Source: a virus (taxonomy: Duplodnaviria; Heunggongvirae; Uroviricota; Caudoviricetes). From it: a stretch of 64,000 nucleotides of DNA. The notes beneath the pieces are model-generated. The model saw nothing but the letters and a program-made list of their open reading frames with translations, had not been told where the DNA came from and made no database searches. Below, in pieces: positions 27,493 through 36,506 of this stretch. Position 1 is the stretch's first letter, and each line of letters opens with the position of its first letter. The translations under genes and the position numbers were made by a program. Location: IMG/VR virus record IMGVR_UViG_3300021388_000002; one strand, written 5' to 3'.

Positions 27493-27698
27493 GCAGGCCG
27501 CTGCAGTTCCGGTACCTGACCCCGGCGGAACTAGCCGAGCAGGCTAAACCGCGATGCCCGTCCCGGCCCTCGCCGCGCTCACAGGCCCAGTGCGAGTTCC
27601 CGGAGGGCCACACCGGCACGGTGGCGGACGGGGGCGGGATCTTTCATGCCGGCCGGACCCGGGCCGGCTACTGGAGATTCTGGGAGACCCGGTCGTGA
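27489..27698 (+). CDS. small hypothetical protein
   Basis: ORF track. Confidence 0.3.
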   Translation: MSRPLQFRYLTPAELAEQAKPRCPSRPSPRSQAQCEFPEGHTGTVADGGGIFHAGRTRAGYWRFWETRS

Positions 27699-28195
27699 GC
27701 GGCCTGCTGCCCCCGCCCCCGCCGGGCTGCCCGGAGCTGCGCTGTACCGCCTACTGGTACACCTGGAATGAGATCGGGCCGCCCGTGGACATGGAGTTCC
27801 TGCGTGAGCTGGGCCTGCGCGCTTACCGGATCGCCCGCTGGTACGGCCTGGTGCCCGCCCAGGTGCCCGAAGGACCGTACTGGGTTCACACCTGGCCGGA
27901 GTGGGCCTGGGACGCCGCGCTGGCCGACATGGTGCACATGTACGGTGCGCCGTCCGGTGAGCAGGCCGCGCTTGATCTTGCCCAGGCCGCGTCCGCCCCC
28001 CTGAGCGCGGATTACCCGGTGCGGTGCGCCGTGGCGACCGCCGCCAGCCTGGATGAGCCCGGCCATGGCTACTGGGAGAAGGGCGGCTACGGCCACCTGG
28101 TGCACGGCGCGGGCTGGCCGCTGCGGACCGGGGACCTCGTGCACGATGACGAGCCCACTCCCGGCTGGCCGCCGATGGACAGCGACGATATGTAG
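27695..28195 (+). CDS. hypothetical protein (GTG start)
   Basis: GTGA coupling; start uncertain. Confidence 0.4.
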   Translation: MSGLLPPPPPGCPELRCTAYWYTWNEIGPPVDMEFLRELGLRAYRIARWYGLVPAQVPEGPYWVHTWPEWAWDAALADMVHMYGAPSGEQAALDLAQAASAPLSADYPVRCAVATAASLDEPGHGYWEKGGYGHLVHGAGWPLRTGDLVHDDEPTPGWPPMDSDDM

Positions 28196-28274
28196 CCCTA
28201 CGCTGGGCCGTACGTGCCCGCGGCCGGTTCCGGAGCCGGGTTCCCGATAAGCCACCGCCATTGGGGAGCCGTGC

Positions 28275-29204
28275 ATGACCGGAGCCGACGTCCCGGTGAT
28301 GTTCCGGGCCGGCCGCGGGCCTTCCGGCGCTGAGCCGGGCCAGCCCGATGTGCCCGCTGAGGCCGCGGGTGCCGCCACCTACCTGGCGGACATCAGCGAA
28401 TTCCAGCCTGACCTGGCCGATGCCGCTTACCTGAACTGGTCGAAGGCCATTGTCATCCGGGCCGCCTACGGCGACGCGCACGACGACGGCGCCTGGTACG
28501 GCGGCGCGCGCCGGGCTGACCTGCATGCCGGTGGCGTGAGGTTCCTGGGCATCTACCAGTACATCGTGGCGGGCCAGGACGCTGCCGCGCAGGCCCGTGC
28601 GCTGACCCGGCTGGTCGGCAGGCTGGAGGCCGGCGAGGTCATCATCGGGGACCTGGAGGAGGGCGCGGGGGATCAGGCCGGCCGGCGCGCCGCCTGGGAA
28701 GCCGTGATCACCGATGCGTACGGGGACCGGCCCTGGATCTATTCCGGGCTCGATTTCGCCGCCAGCCATGGCCTGGCCCCGGTGGACTGGGTGGCGGCCT
28801 ACCAGGCCAGCGAGCCGTCCGTGCCGCACCGGCTGTGGCAGTTCACCGATGGCTACGGCGTGCCCGGGGTGGGCCGGGCTGACTGCTCGGTGTTCCGCGG
28901 CAGTATCGCGGAGCTGGCCGCGCTCGCCCACGGCGGCACGCCCGTTCCCGCGCCAGCTCCCGCCCCCGCAACCGGATGGATGGCGACCGTCATGCCGAAC
29001 CCGCCCGTACTCGCCAGTGGCGCCAGCGGCGAGGACGTCCGCTCGGTGCAGGGCCTGCTGACCGCCCGTGGCTACGGGGTGGCCATAGACGGCAGTTACG
29101 GGCCCACGACCCGGGCCGCGGTGACCGCGCTCCAGCATGCCCGGGGCCTGGCCGCAGACGGCGTGGTGGGTCCCGACACCTGGGGCAAGCTGCTGAACCA
29201 GTAG
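28275..29204 (+). CDS. endolysin: GH25 muramidase + peptidoglycan-binding domain
   Basis: YLADISEFQ...GIYQY (GH25-like); C-terminal GEDVRSVQGLLTARGYGVAIDGSYGPTTRAAVTALQ (PG_binding_1). Confidence 0.8.
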   Translation: MTGADVPVMFRAGRGPSGAEPGQPDVPAEAAGAATYLADISEFQPDLADAAYLNWSKAIVIRAAYGDAHDDGAWYGGARRADLHAGGVRFLGIYQYIVAGQDAAAQARALTRLVGRLEAGEVIIGDLEEGAGDQAGRRAAWEAVITDAYGDRPWIYSGLDFAASHGLAPVDWVAAYQASEPSVPHRLWQFTDGYGVPGVGRADCSVFRGSIAELAALAHGGTPVPAPAPAPATGWMATVMPNPPVLASGASGEDVRSVQGLLTARGYGVAIDGSYGPTTRAAVTALQHARGLAADGVVGPDTWGKLLNQ

Positions 29205-29223
29205 CGCGCGCCGCTGCCCCGGG

Positions 29224-29239
29224 TACCGGGCGCCCGGAA
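29224..29239. repeat. degenerate copy of 16-bp palindrome (TACCGGGCGCCCGGAA) after endolysin gene
   Basis: 15/16 match. Confidence 0.4.
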
Positions 29240-29277
29240 CTTCTGGCCGCCGCATACCCCCCACGCGGGAAATACCC

Positions 29278-30048
29278 GTGCTGCGGGCGATTACGCAGCG
29301 CTTATCGACTTTGCGTAGTTATCCGGCTACGGTCGGTGCTATGCAGCGTTCCGCACAGCATGGCAGGGCCTACGGAACCGGGCTGGCCCTGCCGCCGGAC
29401 CTGGTCCTGCTCAGTGCCCTGTGGGGCGTGGTGCTGGACATCGGGGCCGTGCTCGACTCAGCCAGCCCGGACGTGGCCAAGGTCAGCGCCATCCGGTCCT
29501 ATATGCGGGACCAGCTGCCCGCGGCCCGGCCGCAGGTCCGCCGGGGGGACACCGCTCAGGACGTAGCGGCCATGATCGGCTCCCGGCTGATGTCCGGGAT
29601 GCTCGCCACCGACCTGTTCACCGCGCTGACCGGCCAGCCCGTGCATGTCGCGGTCCGCGAGCAGGAGGGCCGGCCGGCCACCGATGACGAGCGCGCCGAG
29701 CTGCGCTGGCCGGCGGGCACAGAGCTGTATGAGCGTTCCGGCCTGCTCATGGCCGGGTCCATCATCTGCGCCCGGGTCACGCTGCGGATCGTGTCCGACC
29801 CGGCCTGGCTGCCCGCGGGCGCGCTCGGCAAGATCCGCTCGGGCCAGCCGTGCGGCGGGGTGCTCGCCCCGTACGGGCTGCACCGGCCGTTCCGTGAGGT
29901 GAAGGTGTCCGCGGGCACCGGGCCGGCCGATCCCGGGCCGGGCGTGCTCGCGCGGGCCGTGCTGGCCCTGAACACTTCCCGGATCGGGATCGCCACCGAG
30001 GACGTGGGCGATGACATCTGCTACCGGCTGGCGGCGTATGGGCGCTAG
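29278..30048 (+). CDS. hypothetical protein (alternative start at 29341)
   Basis: ORF track. Confidence 0.4.
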   Translation: MLRAITQRLSTLRSYPATVGAMQRSAQHGRAYGTGLALPPDLVLLSALWGVVLDIGAVLDSASPDVAKVSAIRSYMRDQLPAARPQVRRGDTAQDVAAMIGSRLMSGMLATDLFTALTGQPVHVAVREQEGRPATDDERAELRWPAGTELYERSGLLMAGSIICARVTLRIVSDPAWLPAGALGKIRSGQPCGGVLAPYGLHRPFREVKVSAGTGPADPGPGVLARAVLALNTSRIGIATEDVGDDICYRLAAYGR

Positions 30049-30096
30049 CGGGGCCGCCGTGCGTATCCTGGGCCATGATGAGAGGGAGGGTGCCTG

Positions 30097-30231
30097 ATGC
30101 GCGCCTGGCACGCCGATGGCAGCGAATGCCACCACCGGGCCCACGCCTGCGGGCACACGATGTCCCTGGCGGGCCGGCTCCGGATGCGGTGGGCCCTGCG
30201 GCTGATGCGGCGCTCGCTCCGCCGTCTGTGA
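30097..30231 (+). CDS. small Cys/His-rich protein (44 aa)
   Basis: GAGGGAGGGTGCCTG ATG; ECHHRAHACGH. Confidence 0.4.
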   Translation: MRAWHADGSECHHRAHACGHTMSLAGRLRMRWALRLMRRSLRRL

Positions 30232-30456
30232 CCGCCCGGCCGGTTATGAGGATCTGCATATTGATCACGATCATGCCTGCTGTGATTATGTGGCTATGGG
30301 CTATCACCGGGCCCGGAGCTGTGCCGGTTGCGTTCGCGGGGCTTTGTGTGACAGGCACAACACCATCGCGGCTGGGCTGGAAAGCCCGGACGCGATGCAG
30401 GTGCTCGACTATCTGCTTTGCACCAGGTCGTCGGCGCCATTGCCGCTATCCTGGTC

Positions 30457-31115
30457 GCGTGGTCTCACCACGGGGGCATAGATGGGAGCAGTACGCACGG
30501 GGGGTAATCGCCTATTACGGCGGTCTCTGCCACCTGTGCGGTTTAGGCCATGGCGGCGCCCGCCAGGTAGACCACCTGGAAGTGGTGGCCGAGCATCCTG
30601 AGCTGGCCTGGAAGCTGTCCAACTGCCGCCCGGCGCACGGTGCGCCTGGCAACCGCTGCCCGCAGTGCTCGGCCGCCGCGGGCCGGTCCATCTTCTGCAA
30701 CCAGATCCGCGGCGCCCTGTCGGCCGGGAGAGCCCGCAAGATCATCGCGGAGCTGACCGCGGGTGGCGCTGCCCGCCCCGCGGCCCGGCCGGGGCCAGAC
30801 CGCGAGGCGGGCCGCCCGTGGTTACGCGCAGCAGCAGAAGTGGCGGCACCGGCCGCTGTCGCATTTGCGGGCGCTGCAGCCAGGCCGGTGATTGCCCATG
30901 ACGCCGCCGCACTTGGTGCAGACCAGGTCGCGGGCGCGGGCATAGATCCTGCGCATGGTGCTGTCTCCTGTTCTCTGGGTGGTGCTGGCCGGGTCAGCCG
31001 TGCCGCTGGCTCCCGGTGTTCACCTTCACGATCCGGGGCATGGCAGCGACTGCCAGTTCCTGCGCCTGGGCTGGGAACAGCCCGCTGTCGCGCAGGGCGT
31101 CCAGCAGGTTTGTGA
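30457..31115 (+). pseudogene. HNH endonuclease (core near 30520-30730); no ATG start, no stop before 31115; 3' part antisense to two minus-strand genes
   Basis: YYGGLCHLCG..VDHLEVV..HPELA..N..PAHGAPGNRCPQC..CN (two CxxC + HNH His/Asn). Confidence 0.35.
30824..30956 (-). CDS. small Cys-rich protein (44 aa)
   Basis: GAACAGGAGACAGCACC ATG; CTKCGG..C..C..CCC. Confidence 0.4.
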
Positions 31116-31158
31116 TGTCGGCGACGATGTCTCCGATCTCAGCCTCGGTCAGGGCCAT
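30994..31158 (-). CDS. small hypothetical protein (54 aa)
   Basis: GAGAGGAGGTGATCCC ATG. Confidence 0.4.
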   Translation of the reverse strand: MALTEAEIGDIVADITNLLDALRDSGLFPAQAQELAVAAMPRIVKVNTGSQRHG

Positions 31159-31217
31159 GGGATCACCTCCTCTCGTGTGCGGGGGCGGGGCGCGGCCTCC
31201 TGGCCGTGTTCCGTGGG

Positions 31218-31475
31218 TCAGCCGCTGCTGTCCTGGCCGTTGCCCGGGACGCCGCCGAGAGGCCGCCGTACGCCGCCGTGCGGGGTGTAATGCGCAGGCA
31301 GCCCCTCGCGGCCATGCCGTGTCCGTGCCACCTCGGCGGCCAGCGCGGGCGGCAGCCCGTCCGGGATTGTGCCAGCCTGCTCCAGCGCCGCCCAGAGCCG
31401 GCCCGCGTAGCTGGGCGGCGCGCCTGGCGTGCACCGGGACACGGCTGCCCGCAGCTGATCGATCGTGATGTCCAT
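31218..31475 (-). CDS. hypothetical protein
   Basis: AGCAGGAAACAGCAC ATG. Confidence 0.45.
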   Translation of the reverse strand: MDITIDQLRAAVSRCTPGAPPSYAGRLWAALEQAGTIPDGLPPALAAEVARTRHGREGLPAHYTPHGGVRRPLGGVPGNGQDSSG

Positions 31476-31501
31476 GTGCTGTTTCCTGCTCTCTGGGCGG
31501 G

Positions 31502-32494
31502 TTATTTGCCGGAGCTGACAATCACCCCGTTGCCTGTGCCGCTGAAGTTGCACATCCCGATGGTCGGGGTCTGGCCGGCCTTGATCATGTCCTGCATCAG
31601 GTCCAGGCAGCGCGAGATCAGGACGTCGGGATTGTTGCTGACCGAGGCCGCGATGGCCCGGTTGGCCGCCGCCTGGGCGTCAGCAGTCTGCTCGGCCAGG
31701 ATTGCCGCCTGGGTGGCGGACTTCTGCTGGAGGATGGAGTTGATCCGCTGCTGCACCGAGTCGGGGTAGACGATGTTCGGGATGTTCACCAGGTCCAGGG
31801 TGACTTCTGACCCGATCATGCGGTTGAGCAGGGTCTGGACCTGCGCGGCCAGCTGGGGCACGGACGGGTTGCCCGTCTGGCCGACCGGGATCTTGCTCGA
31901 CAGCAGTGCTACCGGGTCGTAGTCCCCGAAAACCGTGTTGGCTGCGGTCTGGAGGGCCGGGATCACGACCCCGTTCTCGACTCCGGACGTGGAGCCCTTG
32001 TACCGCTTGAACAGGCTGGTGGCGTCGTGCGGGTTGAGCTGCCAGCGGACCCCGACTTTGGCGCATGCGGTCTGGCCGTCCGCCAGCCGGAGCTGGACAT
32101 CACAGCTGGCTGCGGTGAAGTCAGTTACCTGCACCGAGTAGTCCATCTCGGACAGGTTCTCCCAGGGCGCCGTCCACTGCGGGCCGTTGCTGACCTCGCC
32201 GATTGGCCGGCCGAAGCTGGTGATGATGCCGACGTTGCTGGTGCCGACGACCCAGAAGCTGGAGGCGAGCAGGCATAGTGCCGTCAGGCCCCCGGCGGTC
32301 AGCGTGGCGGCCTTAGCCCAGGGCCGGATGGCGGCTGGGGTGTCTTCCGCCATGGCGTACCGGTCGCGTGCGGCGTTGCGGGACTGGGCCGCTGCCGCCC
32401 GGTGCTGATCGGTTTTGATGGTGATGCGCCAGGTGATTGCTGCCGCGAGGGTGATGATCCCGAGGAAGATCGCGAGGTAGAAGGTCAGTTGCAT
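31502..32494 (-). CDS. SPFH/band-7 (stomatin/prohibitin/HflC-like) membrane protein
   Basis: N-terminal TM then IITSFGRPIGEV...DVQLRLADGQ; long C-terminal coiled-coil-like region. Confidence 0.7.
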   Translation of the reverse strand: MQLTFYLAIFLGIITLAAAITWRITIKTDQHRAAAAQSRNAARDRYAMAEDTPAAIRPWAKAATLTAGGLTALCLLASSFWVVGTSNVGIITSFGRPIGEVSNGPQWTAPWENLSEMDYSVQVTDFTAASCDVQLRLADGQTACAKVGVRWQLNPHDATSLFKRYKGSTSGVENGVVIPALQTAANTVFGDYDPVALLSSKIPVGQTGNPSVPQLAAQVQTLLNRMIGSEVTLDLVNIPNIVYPDSVQQRINSILQQKSATQAAILAEQTADAQAAANRAIAASVSNNPDVLISRCLDLMQDMIKAGQTPTIGMCNFSGTGNGVIVSSGK

Positions 32495-32547
32495 GGGTCA
32501 CTCCGTTTCGTTCCAGGTGCGGATGGGTGCGTGAGGCTGGGAGTTTG

Positions 32548-32826
32548 TTACAGCAGCGCGCCCAGGATCTTGCTGAGCGCGCCCACGATGGCGCCCATCA
32601 GCATCAGGAGCGAGACCAGCAGGAACGCGGTGCCGCCGCCGATGGGAGGCATCGCGCGCCACCAGTCCCGGTGCGCGATCCCCACGACGTTGGTCGCCAG
32701 GATGCTGAGCGTCACGTTGGCCGCGATGATCAGGGCCAGGATTCTGATGGCGCTGCCAGCGCCGCTGGTCCGGCGGTAGCGGCGGCGGGCCAGGGCGATC
32801 CGCTCGCGGCCGGTGATGTTGCTCAT
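32548..32826 (-). CDS. small two-TM membrane protein immediately upstream of SPFH gene (NfeD-like partner position)
   Basis: CAGGAGAG SD; hydrophobic helices ILALIIAANVTLSILATNVV / FLLVSLLMLMGAIVGAL. Confidence 0.5.
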   Translation of the reverse strand: MSNITGRERIALARRRYRRTSGAGSAIRILALIIAANVTLSILATNVVGIAHRDWWRAMPPIGGGTAFLLVSLLMLMGAIVGALSKILGALL

Positions 32827-32846
32827 GATGGGCTCTCCTGTTCTGG

Positions 32847-33164
32847 TCAGGCTCCGGGCAGCAGCTCGTGCGGGCGGCTGCCTTCGGCCAGGTGATTGAG
32901 AAGGATCTTCACAGCCAGGGCGCTGGCCTCGGCCGGGGTGTACTGGGCGCCCTCCGTCTGCTCCAGGCAGGCGCACAGCACCTCCAGCACGGCAGGCGCT
33001 TGCGGGGCCGCGTCCAGCTCAGCTGCGACCCGGGCGAACTCAGCGTGCAGGGGTTTCAGCTGCGGGTTCACGTCCGCCCAGCGTTTCAGCTCGCTGACCA
33101 GGTAGCGCAGCTGGGATTGCGGCGGCTGGCGGGCAGCCAGCTCAGCGGCGTGGCTGTAGCTCAT
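32847..33164 (-). CDS. hypothetical protein
   Basis: CAGGAAAACCAGAC ATG. Confidence 0.45.
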   Translation of the reverse strand: MSYSHAAELAARQPPQSQLRYLVSELKRWADVNPQLKPLHAEFARVAAELDAAPQAPAVLEVLCACLEQTEGAQYTPAEASALAVKILLNHLAEGSRPHELLPGA

Positions 33165-33192
33165 GTCTGGTTTTCCTGTTCTGAAGTAGTGG

Positions 33193-34038
33193 TCAGGCCC
33201 AGAAGTCATCTGCTGCCCGGGCGGGCTGAACCCGGACGTCGATCGTGCCGATGCCGGACTGGTGACTGCGCAGGGTGCGCGTGACCGTATCGACCCGGAT
33301 GCTCCCGATGCCAGAGACGTCCAGGTCAGCGTCAGCGGCTGTACCGCCGAACCTGATCGATCCCGTGCCGGACACGGATGCGCGCAGGTCTTCCACCATG
33401 CCTTTCCGCACGGTGACTGAGCCGGTGCCGGAGATGTCCGCGCGCAGCTGCTCGGCTACCCAGGCAGCCTCCAGGTCAGCCGCGCCGCTGATGTCCACAT
33501 TCAGCGCCGCCAGCGTCCCGGCTGTGACTGAGCCTGCGCCTTTCAGCCGCGCGTTCAGTGTGCCGCCGATGTTGCCCAGCCGGTAGATGCCATCGCTGTG
33601 ATCCGTGATGCCGATGGACGCCCTGGCAGGCACGTGCACGGTCAGGCGTACCGGTTCCGCAGCCTCGCCGCTGGCGCTGCTGGGGCTGACAACCTGGCCG
33701 TCCACGACCACCCGGCGGCGCCCGCCGCCCGTGCTGATATCGCTGCCGGAGATATAAGTCCCGCCGCCGCGCCCGAAGACGTTGATCCCGGACACCATGT
33801 CGCCGATGACGACCTGGCCGCCACCGCCACGGATCATGATGCCGCCGCCGTTGCGCGGGCCCCTGATGTGCAGGACGCCGGCGTCAGTGCTGTGGCTGAT
33901 GTCCTTCAGGGCATCCTCGGGGCCGGTCAGCTCGAAACTGATGCCGGGTTCGTTCCAGGTGTCTACCTGGACTGTGCCCGGGATGCTGGTCAGCAGCAGG
34001 TTCCGGGCTGCCCGGATGGTTTTGCTGCGTTCCGTCAT
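33193..34038 (-). CDS. DUF2807/DUF4097-like beta-helix (GIN-domain, putative adhesin-head-like) protein
   Basis: repeated ..SGxGSV/I.. strands (ISGTGSVTV, VSGTGSIRF, VSGIGSIRV); CAGGAGAC SD. Confidence 0.6.
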   Translation of the reverse strand: MTERSKTIRAARNLLLTSIPGTVQVDTWNEPGISFELTGPEDALKDISHSTDAGVLHIRGPRNGGGIMIRGGGGQVVIGDMVSGINVFGRGGGTYISGSDISTGGGRRRVVVDGQVVSPSSASGEAAEPVRLTVHVPARASIGITDHSDGIYRLGNIGGTLNARLKGAGSVTAGTLAALNVDISGAADLEAAWVAEQLRADISGTGSVTVRKGMVEDLRASVSGTGSIRFGGTAADADLDVSGIGSIRVDTVTRTLRSHQSGIGTIDVRVQPARAADDFWA

Positions 34039-34370
34039 GACGAGGTCTCCTGTTCTGTGCTGGCGGCCGGCGGGATCTCGGTGAACCCGCCCAGCCGCTC
34101 CATGATGCGGATGAAGTTGTTCCGGTAGCCGAAGCTGTCGTAGTACCCGCGGCAGATCGCGCCGCCGGTCTCCGGGTGCGGCCCGTAGCTGAGCGTCTGG
34201 TGGCAGATGATGCCCTGGCAGCCTTCCCGGGTGGCGTCCCGCACTAGGGACCGGAGCGCGCCTGGCCGCAGGTCCATTGGGTTGCCAGGCCGGAAGATGC
34301 AGGTGCTGCACTGCTCAGCCATCAGCTGCGGGCGCCGGGTGACTGGATTGAAGCAGTTTTCCCCGCTCAT
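34035..34370 (-). CDS. Cys-containing hypothetical protein
   Basis: ATGA coupling. Confidence 0.4.
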   Translation of the reverse strand: MSGENCFNPVTRRPQLMAEQCSTCIFRPGNPMDLRPGALRSLVRDATREGCQGIICHQTLSYGPHPETGGAICRGYYDSFGYRNNFIRIMERLGGFTEIPPAASTEQETSS

Positions 34371-34699
34371 GACGGCAGCTCGTTGCTGTCCCGGGTGCGG
34401 CCTTCCGCTGCCCGGCCGTACGTGCGGGAGCCGTCCCGCTCGCGCAGCTCTGTGCAGTCTTCGGGCAGCACGCCGTACCTGGCCCGGTACAGCCGGAACC
34501 AGTCCACGATGGCCTCGCTCTCGCTGGCGCCGAAGCCGTAGAGGGGGCTGATGCCTGATGTGACCTCGGTCCGGCGTACCGCGAAGATCTGGCCGGGGCT
34601 GGGCGGCAGGGTGAACGCCCCGTCACGCTCGTGGGCCTGCCCGGTTAGCACGGTGACCAGGAACGTGGTGCCGCCGTAGCTGACGGTCGTGGTGGTCAT
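34367..34699 (-). CDS. hypothetical protein
   Basis: GAACAGGAGACCCCTTC ATG. Confidence 0.45.
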   Translation of the reverse strand: MTTTTVSYGGTTFLVTVLTGQAHERDGAFTLPPSPGQIFAVRRTEVTSGISPLYGFGASESEAIVDWFRLYRARYGVLPEDCTELRERDGSRTYGRAAEGRTRDSNELPS

Positions 34700-34962
34700 G
34701 AAGGGGTCTCCTGTTCTGTGGTGGTGTTTAGCCAGGCGTTAGCTGGGGGCGTGCCGTCTGGCTCGTGGATGACAACCTGGATGCGCTCTGGCACCTGGCC
34801 GAATTCCGCAACCAGCTCATCGCTGCTCAGGGCAGCCCGGATGGTGATGCCCAGCTCGGTGTGGCCATAGACCGCCTCGCCCCGGGAGTGGCCGAGAGGC
34901 GGCAGGCCGTAGACGTCCCGGGAGTAGCCGATGAGAGGCAGGTTGTAGACGAGGCTGGCCAT
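34696..34962 (-). CDS. hypothetical protein with internal repeat (IGYSRDVYGLPPLGHSRGEAVYG)
   Basis: TGATG coupling. Confidence 0.4.
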   Translation of the reverse strand: MASLVYNLPLIGYSRDVYGLPPLGHSRGEAVYGHTELGITIRAALSSDELVAEFGQVPERIQVVIHEPDGTPPANAWLNTTTEQETPS

Positions 34963-35207
34963 CAGATCGCCAGCTCGATGTACGGTTCGTCCGTCATCAC
35001 GAACTTGCTGCGGTCGCCGCTGCGGTCGTGGGTCCGCCAGGTGACCGTCTTCACGCAGCCCGCGATGTTTGCCGGGTCGCCCGGCCCGTACGGCGGGTGG
35101 AAGATGTAGTCGCCCACGCGCGGGACCGGGTACGGCCATTCCGGCATGTCCACGATCAGCTCGTGGCCCTGGATGATGCGCAGGTGCACGGTGGTGGTCT
35201 CATTCAT
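34962..35207 (-). CDS. hypothetical protein
   Basis: CAGGAGACAGAAGATC ATG. Confidence 0.45.
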   Translation of the reverse strand: MNETTTVHLRIIQGHELIVDMPEWPYPVPRVGDYIFHPPYGPGDPANIAGCVKTVTWRTHDRSGDRSKFVMTDEPYIELAI

Positions 35208-35424
35208 GATCTTCTGTCTCCTGATCGCTGGCCGCAGATTCCTCCCTGGTGCCGATCCGGGCGAGCCGGTCCAGCCGTGCGGTCAGCGCCGCCAGCGCCG
35301 CCGTGCTTTCGCGGTAGTCCAGGTGCAGGATCACCGTGTCGGGTGTGGCAGCCATGGCGCTGGTGATGCCCGCTTCGCGGAACTGGCGGGTCAGCTTCAG
35401 GGCGGGGGTGTCGTTACGGGGCAT
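35200..35424 (-). CDS. hypothetical protein
   Basis: palindrome + GAACAGGAGATC...ATG upstream. Confidence 0.45.
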   Translation of the reverse strand: MPRNDTPALKLTRQFREAGITSAMAATPDTVILHLDYRESTAALAALTARLDRLARIGTREESAASDQETEDHE

Positions 35425-35447
35425 GAGTGATGATCTCCTGTTCTTCC

Positions 35448-35463
35448 GGGCGCCCGGAATTTT
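35448..35463. promoter_or_regulatory. 16-bp palindrome TTCCGGGCGCCCGGAA, copy 1
   Basis: intergenic, directly 5' of SD of gene 35200..35424. Confidence 0.6.
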
Positions 35464-35469
35464 CAGTTC

Positions 35470-35865
35470 TCAGCCTGCGCTGTCGCTGCCACAGGGCGGC
35501 CGGTTGATGCTGGTGACCGGGCGCTGCCGCCAGAACCCGGCCGGCTTGCGGGTGCGCCGGGCCGCGAAGTCCACGTGCGTGACCTGATCGGGAGCCGGCT
35601 CGGGCGGCCCGGCGGCGGGGATGAGCACGACGCCGTTGTCTGTGATGTCCTTGCCGTGCTCGTAGACCCGGATGACCCGGGTGACCCGGCCGCGCGTGAC
35701 CGTGACGACCTGGCGGGCCGCATAGCCCGGGTCGCCCGACAGGTGCAGGGCCTCTGACAGGGCCTCGCCCATCCCGCCGAGGTTGTCGTTGTAGTAGCAG
35801 GGCTTTCCCGGCTCAAGGCCGGGCTCAACCGCGTAGTAGCTGCCCACCCGGGCCGTCGCCGTCAT
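35470..35865 (-). CDS. hypothetical protein
   Basis: GAACAGGAGACACC ATG. Confidence 0.45.
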   Translation of the reverse strand: MTATARVGSYYAVEPGLEPGKPCYYNDNLGGMGEALSEALHLSGDPGYAARQVVTVTRGRVTRVIRVYEHGKDITDNGVVLIPAAGPPEPAPDQVTHVDFAARRTRKPAGFWRQRPVTSINRPPCGSDSAG

Positions 35866-36266
35866 GGTGTCTCCTGTTCGTGAGTATGCGGCTGGAGGTC
35901 GTTGCAGTCGGGGCAGAGCCCGTACAGGGCCCGGATCAGCCGCAGGTCCAGGTTGCCGGGCTCGGCCGGCGGCACGCATGCGGCGGTGTGCTCGCCGTGC
36001 CCGTGCCAGGGGTTCGTGCAGTAGACCCGGCTCCCGGGTCCTGGTGCGCTCACCGGGCTCGCACCTGCGCGGGCTGCGGCCAGGCCGTGAGCGCGGCCAT
36101 CACCATGCAGCCTTCCCGGTGCCCGCGCAGGTACGTGAAGGTGGCGTCCAGGGAGGGCGTCACCATGGGCCGGGGTGGCAGCCCTGCGATGCCCGTGGTG
36201 AACCCGAGCCGGTATTCCGAAGCCGTCTCGCCTGGGCTGCCGTGCCGGCGCGTGCTCATGTGACAT
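35862..36266 (-). CDS. hypothetical protein; two overlapping minus frames (35862..36266 and 36050..36259) suggest frameshift or two genes
   Basis: ORF track; C-terminal part CTNPWHGHGEH...CPDCNDL plausible. Confidence 0.3.
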   Translation of the reverse strand: MSHEHAPARQPRRDGFGIPARVHHGHRRAATPAHGDALPGRHLHVPARAPGRLHGDGRAHGLAAARAGASPVSAPGPGSRVYCTNPWHGHGEHTAACVPPAEPGNLDLRLIRALYGLCPDCNDLQPHTHEQETP

Positions 36267-36504
36267 CCACCCAGTGCATGATGACGCTCAGCGCCTCGTC
36301 GTAGGACTCTGACGCGAAGACCTGGCGGCGCAGGTGGTCCGCGGCCTCGCGGTAGCCCGCGCGGGTCAGCGCCTGGGCCGCCTTGCCCATGACGGCGCCG
36401 ATGCTGGATGAGCAGCCGGTGCTCAGGTGCACCGTGACGTCCGGGTGCAGCGGCTGCTCCGGGTCGGCGTCCTCGTAGCCGGGCGGCAGCGTGAATGCCG
36501 TCAT
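36256..36504 (-). CDS. hypothetical protein
   Basis: GAAGGGAGCCTGACC ATG. Confidence 0.4.
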   Translation of the reverse strand: MTAFTLPPGYEDADPEQPLHPDVTVHLSTGCSSSIGAVMGKAAQALTRAGYREAADHLRRQVFASESYDEALSVIMHWVDVT

Positions 36505-36506
36505 GG

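Noticed and set aside
30075-31115. 346-aa plus ORF as a single protein
   Set aside because: Only the central HNH core is protein-like. The 5' part contains an independent small gene with a strong SD (30097..30231) in another frame, and the 3' part is antisense to two good minus-strand genes.
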